DNA from: Patescibacteria group bacterium
GTDB taxonomy: Bacteria > Patescibacteriota > Minisyncoccia > Phycocordibacterales > SBAW01
NCBI GenBank assembly: GCA_016176685.1
Contig: JACOWS010000005.1
Location: forward strand, 1-34,991
DNA: 34,991 nt
Reading direction: 5' to 3'
Position numbers and translations under genes: made by a program. The notes below the pieces were generated by a model. It was not told where the DNA came from. It searched no databases and was given only the letters and a program-made list of their open reading frames with translations. Shown here in pieces: positions 16,300 to 23,729 of this stretch; position 1 is the stretch's first letter, and each line of letters begins with the position of its first letter.

Positions 16300-17952
16300 A
16301 TGCATGTGGAAGAGCGGATGCTCGGCGACTTTCTGGTAGACCGCGGACTCTTGTCGCGCCGCAGTATAGACGATGCGCTTAAGAGGGCGGGAGGCACGCC
16401 GCTCTACGAGGCACTGCAAGGGCTGGGGTTAGTAGACGAAGATGAGCTGCGCCGCGCCGCGGCACACGCCATGGGCGTCACGTTTGTGGAGTTTGCGCGG
16501 CACGAGATAGAGCAAGAGGCGCTGTTTCTCATCCCCGAGCCGCTTGCTCGCGCACGCAACATGCTGGCCTACCGGCTTGGCGAGCAGGGGCTCGAGGTCG
16601 CACTGCTCGACCTTGCCGACCTTGCGGCGCTCGAGCCACTGCACCTCTCCCACAGGGTACTGCCGCGGCTTACCTCGCGGCACTCGCTCACGCACGGGCT
16701 CTTGCATTATCAAAAATTATTGAAGGAAAAATTTGCCGCAGTCTTGGTACATAGCGGCGATGCGGTCGAGGCGCTTTTGCACCACGCGCTCCTTTCCCGC
16801 GCGCACGGGGTCCACATCGACCTTAAAACTACCGGCGCTCTGGTGCGCTACCGCATTGGCCACGCGCTCGAAGACGCGATGGAGTTGCCCGCGCACATCG
16901 GCCAAGCCCTTGCCGACAAACTTAAACTGCTCGCAAAGCTCTTGCCCGCATCGCGCGCAATGCAAGAAGGCCGATTTAAGATTGAAAAAAATGGTGAGCG
17001 ATACGCGGTGCACGTCTTTGCCGGCCCGCGGGTAGATGGCCTGCCTGTGGGCAATGCAGGCGAGCGCATTACCTTGCGCTTGGCGCGCGAGTCCGCGGGG
17101 CACGGGGGCTTTACGCTTGAATCACTTGGTTTACGCGGCAAGGCACTCGAGGATGTGTACGCCGCGCTGTTTGGCAGGCCCGGCTTGGTGGTGGTCGCGG
17201 GCCCTAAAAAATCAGGTGTGAGTACGCTGCTCTACACGCTGCTCGACCTGCTTAACGCACCTGCACGCACCGTAGCCACCGTGGAAGAAACAATCGAGCA
17301 TCGCCTGCCGCATGTGATGCAGGTAGAGATAGATTCGGCCGGCGGTGTGGACACCGCCGCCTCTCTGCGCGCGGTACTCAAGCAAGACCCCAGCGTAGTG
17401 ATGGTCGCCAACCTTCGCGATAGCAGGGTAGCCGCACTCGCGGCTTCGGCCGCATCGTGCGGCGTCATGGTTGTTGCAGGGCTTGAGGCCAACTCTGCAT
17501 CGGAGGCAGTGGAGAGGCTGCTTGGGTTGGGGGTGCCGCCGCTTACGCTTGCATCCACACTGCGCGCGGTGGTGTCTACCCGCCTGGTGGAGAAGTTGCC
17601 AGAAGGTGCCGCGCGCACACCGCTTGCCCGCGCCGACCTTGCCGTGTTTGAACCGTATGCCGACTTCGGCCGAGTGCTCGCGGCCCTTAAAGAAGAGGGG
17701 CTGGTGGAGAAGGGGTCGCAATGGAAGGATCTGGTCTTTGGTGTGGGGGCGGGGGATGGCGTAGTGGGGCTCCAGGAGGTCATGCCCATAACCGAGCCCA
17801 TAAAAGAGCTTATATTGCGGGGCGCCGGGGCAGAGGAGATTGAGCAAGTGGCAAAGACAGAGGGGATGCTTTCTATACTAGAAGACGGGCTATGTAAGGC
17901 CGCAGAAGGAATAACCAGTATCGAGGAGGTATCTCGGCTCTTTACCGAGTAA
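16300..17952 (+). CDS. PilB/GspE-like assembly ATPase homologue with degenerate catalytic motifs
   Basis: MshEN-like N-terminus, VRYRI, QEGRF, Walker A GPKKSGVST, ATVEETIEH, LRAVLKQDP, C-terminal GITSIEEV. Confidence 0.82.
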   Translation: MHVEERMLGDFLVDRGLLSRRSIDDALKRAGGTPLYEALQGLGLVDEDELRRAAAHAMGVTFVEFARHEIEQEALFLIPEPLARARNMLAYRLGEQGLEVALLDLADLAALEPLHLSHRVLPRLTSRHSLTHGLLHYQKLLKEKFAAVLVHSGDAVEALLHHALLSRAHGVHIDLKTTGALVRYRIGHALEDAMELPAHIGQALADKLKLLAKLLPASRAMQEGRFKIEKNGERYAVHVFAGPRVDGLPVGNAGERITLRLARESAGHGGFTLESLGLRGKALEDVYAALFGRPGLVVVAGPKKSGVSTLLYTLLDLLNAPARTVATVEETIEHRLPHVMQVEIDSAGGVDTAASLRAVLKQDPSVVMVANLRDSRVAALAASAASCGVMVVAGLEANSASEAVERLLGLGVPPLTLASTLRAVVSTRLVEKLPEGAARTPLARADLAVFEPYADFGRVLAALKEEGLVEKGSQWKDLVFGVGAGDGVVGLQEVMPITEPIKELILRGAGAEEIEQVAKTEGMLSILEDGLCKAAEGITSIEEVSRLFTE

Positions 17953-18018
17953 AAATAGCAAAAATAGGCGAAATATCCTTATTTTAAGGTGTTTTTTGTA
18001 TATTTTGTGCCTATTTGC

Positions 18019-18047
18019 TTGACAAATGTCAAGATTGGGTGTATACT
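18019..18047 (+). promoter_or_regulatory. Sigma70 promoter P1 with a palindrome over the -35 box
   Basis: TTGACA-17 nt-TATACT; CTTGACA-AA-TGTCAAG at 18018-18033. Confidence 0.7.
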
Positions 18048-18104
18048 AGTAACAGATACTTCAGCATAGGGTAGGTCGCAGCTCGGGGTCCCAAAGAGAG
18101 GGGC

Positions 18105-18133
18105 TTGACAAGAAAGACCGACTATGCTATACT
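18105..18133 (+). promoter_or_regulatory. Sigma70 promoter P2
   Basis: TTGACA-17 nt-TATACT with extended TG. Confidence 0.75.
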
Positions 18134-18139
18134 AAAAAA

Positions 18140-18620
18140 AGTTAACGTCGAGGCACCCTAAAATAGTTTGAACGGAAACAGTCTTTTAGAGGAAGGTTGT
18201 GACCTAGAGCAAGCTCTATATATAGATATAGAAAAGCGGCCGGGAAACACTCTTAACCTTAAAGAGCAGTTTCTCGGCCGCTTTTCTTGTTAAGAGAAGT
18301 GCGGGAGCGAAAACAAATTAAACAATGTCGCTCTCCCGCTTCTCTCCGCAAGAGAGAACAAATAGTTAGTACATTCGTTGGAAGCAAGCATAACCACCTT
18401 GTTTCCAAAAATGTCCTCGCTACGACAGTATGTGCAGTCGGTGAGTGGGACGGAACTTTGACAGATGAATAGCAGCAAGGAGCAAAGTGAAAAAACTGCT
18501 CGCAAGAGCGATCACAATGTTGTTCCTCGTTGCCGGACTGACTTCACCTAGGTCGGTACGGTACGAGGGATCGCATCCCGCGCGTGTCGATGTTCTTCGC
18601 CCCGATTGGCGGGGCACTCA
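18140..18620 (+). ncRNA. Candidate long structured leader or ncRNA
   Basis: No credible ORF; long hairpins at 18230-18287 and about 18293-18346; boxA-like GAACTTTGACA at 18453. Confidence 0.4.
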
Positions 18621-18632
18621 ATGGAGGAAAAA

Positions 18633-18749
18633 ATGTCGAAAAAAGTTGTAAGAGAAAATTCTTGGGCCGAGGCATTTATTGCCTTGGCCGTCGGCATCGC
18701 CATCGCCATCGCCATCGCGGCGACGTTTTACCTCTCCTTCCCCCACTAA
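18633..18749 (+). CDS. 38-aa single-TM peptide
   Basis: GGAGG-5 nt-ATG; MSKKVVRENSWAEAFIALAVGIAIAIAIAATFYLSFPH. Confidence 0.65.
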   Translation: MSKKVVRENSWAEAFIALAVGIAIAIAIAATFYLSFPH

Positions 18750-18796
18750 TAAATGTGGGGGAAGCCGGCGAGCGTGACTTGGTTGTCGCGCTCGCC

Positions 18797-18835
18797 AAAA
18801 GGTTTTTGAGCGAAACCTTTTCAAAAAATTCGCTC
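18797..18835 (+). other. Predicted H-type pseudoknot 1
   Basis: Stem 1 AAAAGGT/ACCTTTT, stem 2 GAGCGAA/TTCGCTC, linker CAAAAAA. Confidence 0.6.
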
Positions 18836-18991
18836 CTTTATACCCCCAACGAGCACAGTGCTGGGAAGGGGTTTGAGTAAAAAGTTAACCCGCCCGCGCC
18901 TGGGGCAGAAAATACAGGCCAAGGCAGGTAGTAGCGCACCTGCCGAAAGGAGACTCTCACTGAAGCCAAGCGGCTGAGAGAGTTTAAAGAG

Positions 18992-19246
18992 ATGTATACA
19001 CCCAAGACAATTTTGCGCGCTGCCCTCCTGTTCGAGGGCGAGCAGGCCATGGGCCTGCTCGCGGCCGAGCACGGCTGCCAGGCCCTTGCCGCGGAGATTC
19101 TCCGCGGCGAGCGGCCGGCGCAATCGCGCCGGCCGCTCATGGCGGCCGAGCAGGCCGCCCGCGTGGCGGCCCTGCGTGCCGCCCGCGCCGCCGAGAAGGC
19201 GGCGTTCGCCGCCAATTTGGTGGCGCTCAAGGCCAAGTACAATTAG
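18992..19246 (+). CDS. Ala-rich hypothetical protein (84 aa)
   Basis: Strong GC3 codon bias; AAGGAG separated from the ATG by a hairpin. Confidence 0.65.
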   Translation: MYTPKTILRAALLFEGEQAMGLLAAEHGCQALAAEILRGERPAQSRRPLMAAEQAARVAALRAARAAEKAAFAANLVALKAKYN

Positions 19247-19258
19247 GCCCCTTGAGCG

Positions 19259-19291
19259 AAGAGGTTGAAAGGTCCTCTTAAAAAACTTTCA
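19259..19291 (+). other. Predicted H-type pseudoknot 2
   Basis: Stem 1 AAGAGG/CCTCTT, stem 2 TGAAAG/CTTTCA, linker A6. Confidence 0.65.
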
Positions 19292-19337
19292 CGCTACGCA
19301 CTCCGGCGGGGGAGGAGTGCAAATAAGGAGAGACGCC

Positions 19338-19427
19338 ATGTACATGGTTCTCCCAAATGGCTTGGTGGTTCCTGTGACCACCAAGCACGAGGCGGCCAAG
19401 GTCGCCTCGACCGAACGCGCTCGTTGA
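19338..19427 (+). CDS. 29-aa peptide
   Basis: TAAGGAG-7 nt-ATG; MYMVLPNGLVVPVTTKHEAAKVASTERAR. Confidence 0.5.
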   Translation: MYMVLPNGLVVPVTTKHEAAKVASTERAR

Positions 19428-19437
19428 GCGTGTTCGG

Positions 19438-19468
19438 GCACCCAAGCTCTCTGTGCAAAACGGCTTGG
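19438..19468 (+). other. Predicted H-type pseudoknot 3
   Basis: Stem 1 GCAC/GTGC, stem 2 CCAAGCT/GGCTTGG, linker AAAAC. Confidence 0.5.
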
Positions 19469-19822
19469 TAGTTTGTAGGTTCTTCGGGAAGGAAGAGATA
19501 CCGAAGTATGGAGGCGACAAGTGGTTACTGTCGTCGCCTCTCTTGAGCTCATCATTAAAATTAATGACGGTTTCAAGAGGGGTTGTGTAAAAAAGCAATC
19601 CCTAAAGTTCCGATTTGCTGGCCCTAACACAAGTCGCCACCCACTGTATTCGTGGGAGGTTGCGGCAACTCCGGCAAATCGATGCTTCTGTTAGTAGTGT
19701 GTGCGTAATCTCCATGACCACTCCTGGAAAGGAGCGGCTCTTGCCTGTCGATACGGAGGCAAGTCCTACGGGAGACCCACTAGCCGTGGCATTCCCGCTG
19801 CGGCAAATTCATGGAGAGCGAG

Positions 19823-20257
19823 ATGACCACCAAGCATTTCTTTTATTCGGTGGGGGCTAACACCCCGAAGTCTGGTTTGAATTACCTCACCCACTCCGGA
19901 AGAGTGTGGTGGGACGGCAGCCGTGAGGCTACCGTCAATGCGGCGCAGGCCGCACTTGCGGCCTATGATGTGGCAGGAAACTGCCACGCACGGGCTATTG
20001 AAGTTGAGGTCTCGGAAGAGATCGGGTTGATCTCACGGATCAACGTATGTGATCTCCGCTCGATGTCTCGCGACATCGAGTCGGAAGACCGCCGCGACTG
20101 GTGGGTCGGCGGCCACGAGGTCGCCGACCCGAAATGGGCCCAGGTCGACTCAGTAAGAGTCGACCACCCACAACAGGGCTACCCGTACGAGTGGGAGCTC
20201 AGAGTGGGAGGCAGGCTCGAGCCTGAACCTCCCACCCTTATTGACGGCGAGGACTAA
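19823..20257 (+). CDS. Hypothetical protein (144 aa)
   Basis: GGAG-6 nt-ATG at 19823; no family recognised. Confidence 0.65.
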   Translation: MTTKHFFYSVGANTPKSGLNYLTHSGRVWWDGSREATVNAAQAALAAYDVAGNCHARAIEVEVSEEIGLISRINVCDLRSMSRDIESEDRRDWWVGGHEVADPKWAQVDSVRVDHPQQGYPYEWELRVGGRLEPEPPTLIDGED

Positions 20258-20274
20258 ACCAACCCTCGCCGTTT

Positions 20275-20303
20275 CGGTGATTGGAGCACCGTAAAAACTC
20301 CAA
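20275..20303 (+). other. Predicted H-type pseudoknot 4
   Basis: Stem 1 CGGTG/CACCG, stem 2 TTGGAG/CTCCAA, linker TAAAAA. Confidence 0.65.
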
Positions 20304-20329
20304 AAGAAGTTCTTCGTTCGAATTCACTT

Positions 20330-20660
20330 CGGCGGGTGCACGAGGTCCAAACCTTCCGCACCCGCCCCCTTTCAAGCGCTTTAGGCCCTAGGCCTAGAGT
20401 ATTTGAAAGGGGAACTTATTCTCCTCTTGCATGACACTTGCACACCCAGGTGTCGTGCGGGCGCGGCGGCTGTCTAGTAACTAATACGGTAATGCGTATA
20501 GCGAACGGCAGCCGCCGATGCCCTCTTTATGTTTGCTGCTGATGTAGCCCCCAGGGAGCTGTGAGTGGAATCCTCTACACTTCTATACGCTTAATGTAAA
20601 TCGCCTCGCGCGTTTTTACGCTGAGCTTGTTGAAGCGCCATTCGCAGCTCCGTGGCGACT
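20330..20660 (+). ncRNA. Candidate structured RNA of back-to-back hairpins
   Basis: GGCGGGTGC/GCACCCGCC, CCCTTTCAA/TTGAAAGGG, TGCATGACAC/GTGTCGTGCG, GGCGGCTGTC/GGCAGCCGCC, GGAGCTGTGAGTGG/CCATTCGCAGCTCC; several G-U pairs on the plus strand. Confidence 0.45.
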
Positions 20661-20668
20661 ACCCGCCC

Positions 20669-20699
20669 AAAAACCGCCTCCATTTCGGGGGCGGTTTTT
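20669..20699. terminator. Bidirectional intrinsic terminator
   Basis: AAAAACCGCCTCC-ATTTC-GGGGGCGGTTTTT. Confidence 0.75.
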
Positions 20700-20710
20700 A
20701 CGTTGGGAGA

Positions 20711-20977
20711 TTAGCGGTAGACCTCATGGTCGCCCACGGCAAGCAATATCACTTCGCCTTTGCTTTTGTCAGTATAGGAAAACACAATGCGGTAACGATA
20801 GTTGACCGAAAAACCACGCCGACCCGCGAGAGGCCCTTTAAGTTTGTGCACATGAAGCCACTCATGATTCATTGTGTTTTTGAAGTCCTCTATTCTTTCA
20901 AATGCTTCGTGTTGAAGCGCGAGCGGAAGTTTCTTGAATTGTCGCCTAAACTGCGGGGACAAATGGACAAGCAACAT
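20711..20977 (-). CDS. RelE/ParE-superfamily toxin (YafQ-like mRNA interferase)
   Basis: F.RQFKKL, HKLKG.L.G...FSV..RYRIVF, LL.VGDH..Y; directly downstream of the antitoxin. Confidence 0.82.
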   Translation of the reverse strand: MLLVHLSPQFRRQFKKLPLALQHEAFERIEDFKNTMNHEWLHVHKLKGPLAGRRGFSVNYRYRIVFSYTDKSKGEVILLAVGDHEVYR

Positions 20978-20980
20978 GAA

Positions 20981-21196
20981 TTAAAGGTCAAGTAGTTTCC
21001 GAAGGTCTCCCTTAAGAATTTTCCCTTCGGAAACTTCGCGTTCTGCACGCAGTACTGCCTCGACTGCTTCATCTTCGGCAAGTTTGTCGAGCGCTTTGCG
21101 CATGACCGCAGCGCGTGAGGAGCCGACCCCCTGTTTTACCAATGTATCGAGGCGGTCTTCATGGTCTTTGGACAACGGGACGGATATGGTGCTCAT
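20981..21196 (-). CDS. Ribbon-helix-helix antitoxin (71 aa)
   Basis: MSTISVPL...SSRAAVMRKAL with acidic tail; 3 nt from the toxin start. Confidence 0.78.
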   Translation of the reverse strand: MSTISVPLSKDHEDRLDTLVKQGVGSSRAAVMRKALDKLAEDEAVEAVLRAEREVSEGKILKGDLRKLLDL

Positions 21197-21298
21197 AAGA
21201 GTAAAAGTATGAATAATTAATATGAATTTATAGTACTCTTGCCGGTAGTGTGCGTCAAGCGGCTTTTTCGTTTCTGCGAGGATGCTATAGTAACGAGC

Positions 21299-22054
21299 AT
21301 GGCACGCAAGCGCCTCGTGGTTGGTAATTGGAAGTCCTATATAGAGTCGCCAAGCGAGGCACACGCGCTTGCTTTGGCTCTGCGCCGCAAGGCGAGAGCA
21401 CTCCCGGGGGTTGAGGTGTGGCTCGCGCCACCCTACCCGCTTTTGCCCGCGGTTGCCGAGGTGCTAGAGAGTTCTCCCATAAAAGTGGGTGCGCAAGCGC
21501 TCTCTGCAAGCCCCGGCGGCAAGCACACCGGCGAGGTCTCTGCGAACATGCTCAAACAAGTGGGCGCACAATTTGCCTTGGTGGGCCACTCGGAACGCAG
21601 GGCACAGGGCGAGGGCGACGAGCAGGTGCGCGCGCAACTTTTGCAGGCACTCCAAGCAAAACTTACGGCGGTGTTGTGTGTGGGCGAGCACGAGCGCCTG
21701 CAGGACGGCTCGCACTTTTCTTTTATTGAGCGGCAGCTTGTTGTCGCGCTTGACGCGCTCCCTCCTAAAGCAAAAGTAATTGTTGCCTACGAGCCCGTGT
21801 GGGCAATAGGGAAGAGTGCGGAAGAGGCGATGCAGCCGCAAGACCTTGAACAGATGGCGATTTTTATACGCAAAACTTTGGTCGAAACTTTGGACCGCAG
21901 CGCGGGGCTCAAGATACCTATACTCTACGGCGGCTCGGTCGAGTCCGCCAACACACACGCGCTTTTGATTGGGGGCGGCGTCAACGGTTTTTTGGTCGGG
22001 CACGCCAGCGTGGAAGCCGAACCATTTTTGGAAATTATAAAAGCATGCAAATAG
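21299..22054 (+). CDS. tpiA: Triosephosphate isomerase
   Basis: GNWK, TGEVS, GHSERR, AYEPVWAIG, YGGSV; ATG at 21299. Confidence 0.96.
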   Translation: MARKRLVVGNWKSYIESPSEAHALALALRRKARALPGVEVWLAPPYPLLPAVAEVLESSPIKVGAQALSASPGGKHTGEVSANMLKQVGAQFALVGHSERRAQGEGDEQVRAQLLQALQAKLTAVLCVGEHERLQDGSHFSFIERQLVVALDALPPKAKVIVAYEPVWAIGKSAEEAMQPQDLEQMAIFIRKTLVETLDRSAGLKIPILYGGSVESANTHALLIGGGVNGFLVGHASVEAEPFLEIIKACK

Positions 22055-22105
22055 CGTTTCAGAAAAAACCAACCCTGCAGGAAAGAAAAAACAAGCTGGG
22101 CTTTT

Positions 22106-23185
22106 ATGAACCTGCGAAGTATTAAAGAAGCCGATATCGGCGGCAAGCGCGTGTTGATGCGCGCCGACTTTGATGTGCCCCTGGAGGGCGGGCGAGTGGT
22201 AGACGACACGCGCATCCGCGCGGTACTGCCCACGCTCGAGCTTTTGCACGCGCGTGGTGCTGCTAAGATAATTTTATTGGCCCACCTGGGCCGCCCCGGG
22301 GGCAAGGCGATAGAAGGTCTGCGTGTCGCTCCCGTGGCCATGCGCCTGCACGAACTTACCCGCGTCCCGTTTGAGTTGCGGGAGAATCTGCGCTTCGACC
22401 CGCGCGAGGAGGCAAACAATGCAGGATTTGCAAAAGAATTAGCGGGCCTGGGCGACGTGTTTGTAAACGAAGCATTCGCCGACTCGCATCGTGCACACGC
22501 CTCTATTGTTGGAATACCAACATTTTTACCAAGCTACGCGGGCCTGCGTTTACAAGAGGAGGTTACACAACTCTCTCGCGCACTTACCCCGCCCAAAGGC
22601 GCGGTGGCCATCATTGGCGGTGCCAAGTTCGAAACAAAGGTGCCCCTCCTAACGGTACTTATAGAGCATTACACCCACATACTTTTGGGGGGTGCTTTGG
22701 GTAACGACATAATCAGGGCGCGCGGGTTCCCCGTGGGCGTGTCGACCGTTTCAGCTACGCCCGCTCCTGAAGTGCTAGCCAGAAGTGACCGCTTGCAGGT
22801 GTCTGAGGACGCAGTAGTCGCAGAAGCGGGTGCCAATGCCGAGCGCACTTGTTTGGTAAACGACATACGCGCAAACGAGCGCATCATAGACATCGGGCCG
22901 CGCACTCGCGCGGTGTGGGGCGAAGTGGTCTCGCACGCACCTTTTGTATTGTGGAATGGTCCGTTGGGTGTGTATGAAGAAGGATACAGAGATGGCACCG
23001 ACGCGGTTGCCGCCGCATTGGCAGATGCAAAGGTGCGCGCCGTGGTGGGCGGTGGCGACACCATTGCCGCACTTTCTAAACACTCGTTTGACCCGGCCAA
23101 AGTCTTCCTTTCAACTGGTGGTGGAGCGATGCTCGAGTTTTTGGCACGCGGCACTTTACCAGGCCTCGAGCCGCTGAAAGTGTAG
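22106..23185 (+). CDS. pgk: Phosphoglycerate kinase
   Basis: RADFDVP, DDTRI, HLGRP, ENLRF, HRAHAS, WNGPLG, GGGDT, STGGGA. Confidence 0.95.
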   Translation: MNLRSIKEADIGGKRVLMRADFDVPLEGGRVVDDTRIRAVLPTLELLHARGAAKIILLAHLGRPGGKAIEGLRVAPVAMRLHELTRVPFELRENLRFDPREEANNAGFAKELAGLGDVFVNEAFADSHRAHASIVGIPTFLPSYAGLRLQEEVTQLSRALTPPKGAVAIIGGAKFETKVPLLTVLIEHYTHILLGGALGNDIIRARGFPVGVSTVSATPAPEVLARSDRLQVSEDAVVAEAGANAERTCLVNDIRANERIIDIGPRTRAVWGEVVSHAPFVLWNGPLGVYEEGYRDGTDAVAAALADAKVRAVVGGGDTIAALSKHSFDPAKVFLSTGGGAMLEFLARGTLPGLEPLKV

Positions 23186-23189
23186 AGGA

Positions 23190-23264
23190 GCGGACAAACC
23201 CCTGCAAAGAGAGTAGGACTTGGCCTAGCGGCCCGGAGCGCTCTCTTTGCAGGGGTTTGTTCGT
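23190..23264. repeat. Long hairpin with conserved 27-nt loop between convergent pgk and the HIT gene (probable terminator)
   Basis: 20-24 bp arms; loop TAGGACTTGGCCTAGCGGCCCGGAGCG is 26/27 identical to the reverse complement of the loop at 30165-30191. Confidence 0.85.
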
Positions 23265-23272
23265 GTAACAGA

Positions 23273-23632
23273 CTAGAGAGCCGCTCGCAGTTTTGCCGCG
23301 TTGCCCATGAGGTCATTCTTGTCGCCCACGACTCCACTTTCGGGGAAGACCCAAATATGCGCGTGGGCGACCTCGTCGCCCACAATTTTTGAAAGTATCC
23401 ACTGCGTATTAAATGCTTTGCGCTGTGCGAGCGCGATTTTCTTTACCACTTCGAAGTACGCGCCGACATCGGGGACATCCCACACCCATTGGATGTGTTT
23501 TTTTGGGACCACTTGGGCGTGGCCTGGCGCGTGCGGGCGGTTGTCGAGGAACGCCAAAAAATTTTCGTCCTCGTACACCTTGGAGGCGGGCACCTCCCCG
23601 GAAACGATTTTGCAAAAAATACAGTTATTCAT
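23273..23632 (-). CDS. HIT (histidine triad) family protein
   Basis: CIFCKIV.GEVP..KVYEDE.FLAFLD..P...GH..VVPKKH; HAHIW. Confidence 0.9.
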   Translation of the reverse strand: MNNCIFCKIVSGEVPASKVYEDENFLAFLDNRPHAPGHAQVVPKKHIQWVWDVPDVGAYFEVVKKIALAQRKAFNTQWILSKIVGDEVAHAHIWVFPESGVVGDKNDLMGNAAKLRAAL

Positions 23633-23637
23633 GTCTT

Positions 23638-23711
23638 GGCTAAGCAAAAACCCTTCGTGCAGGAGTAGGGCTCCCGTTCATCTCTCCGGAGCGAAGGGTT
23701 TTTGCTTAGCC
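23638..23711. repeat. Perfect 20-bp-arm hairpin between the HIT gene -10 box and its start codon
   Basis: GGCTAAGCAAAAACCCTTCG / CGAAGGGTTTTTGCTTAGCC. Confidence 0.8.
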
Positions 23712-23725
23712 TAGTATATACTAGG
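23710..23725. promoter_or_regulatory. Palindromic bidirectional -10 element for the HIT gene and recJ
   Basis: CCTAGTATATACTAGG gives TATACT on both strands. Confidence 0.6.
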
Positions 23726-23729
23726 CGGG

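Noticed and set aside
19259-19291. preQ1-I riboswitch
   Set aside because: Similar stem and A-tail, but the loop lacks the conserved UUC and ligand-pairing C, it follows a stop codon, and no queuosine genes are nearby
18140-20660. RNase P RNA, tmRNA, SRP RNA, or a group I/II intron
   Set aside because: I could not find their hallmark sequences, such as GAGGAAAGTCC, tRNA-like tmRNA ends or a domain V hairpin; an Rfam scan is still needed
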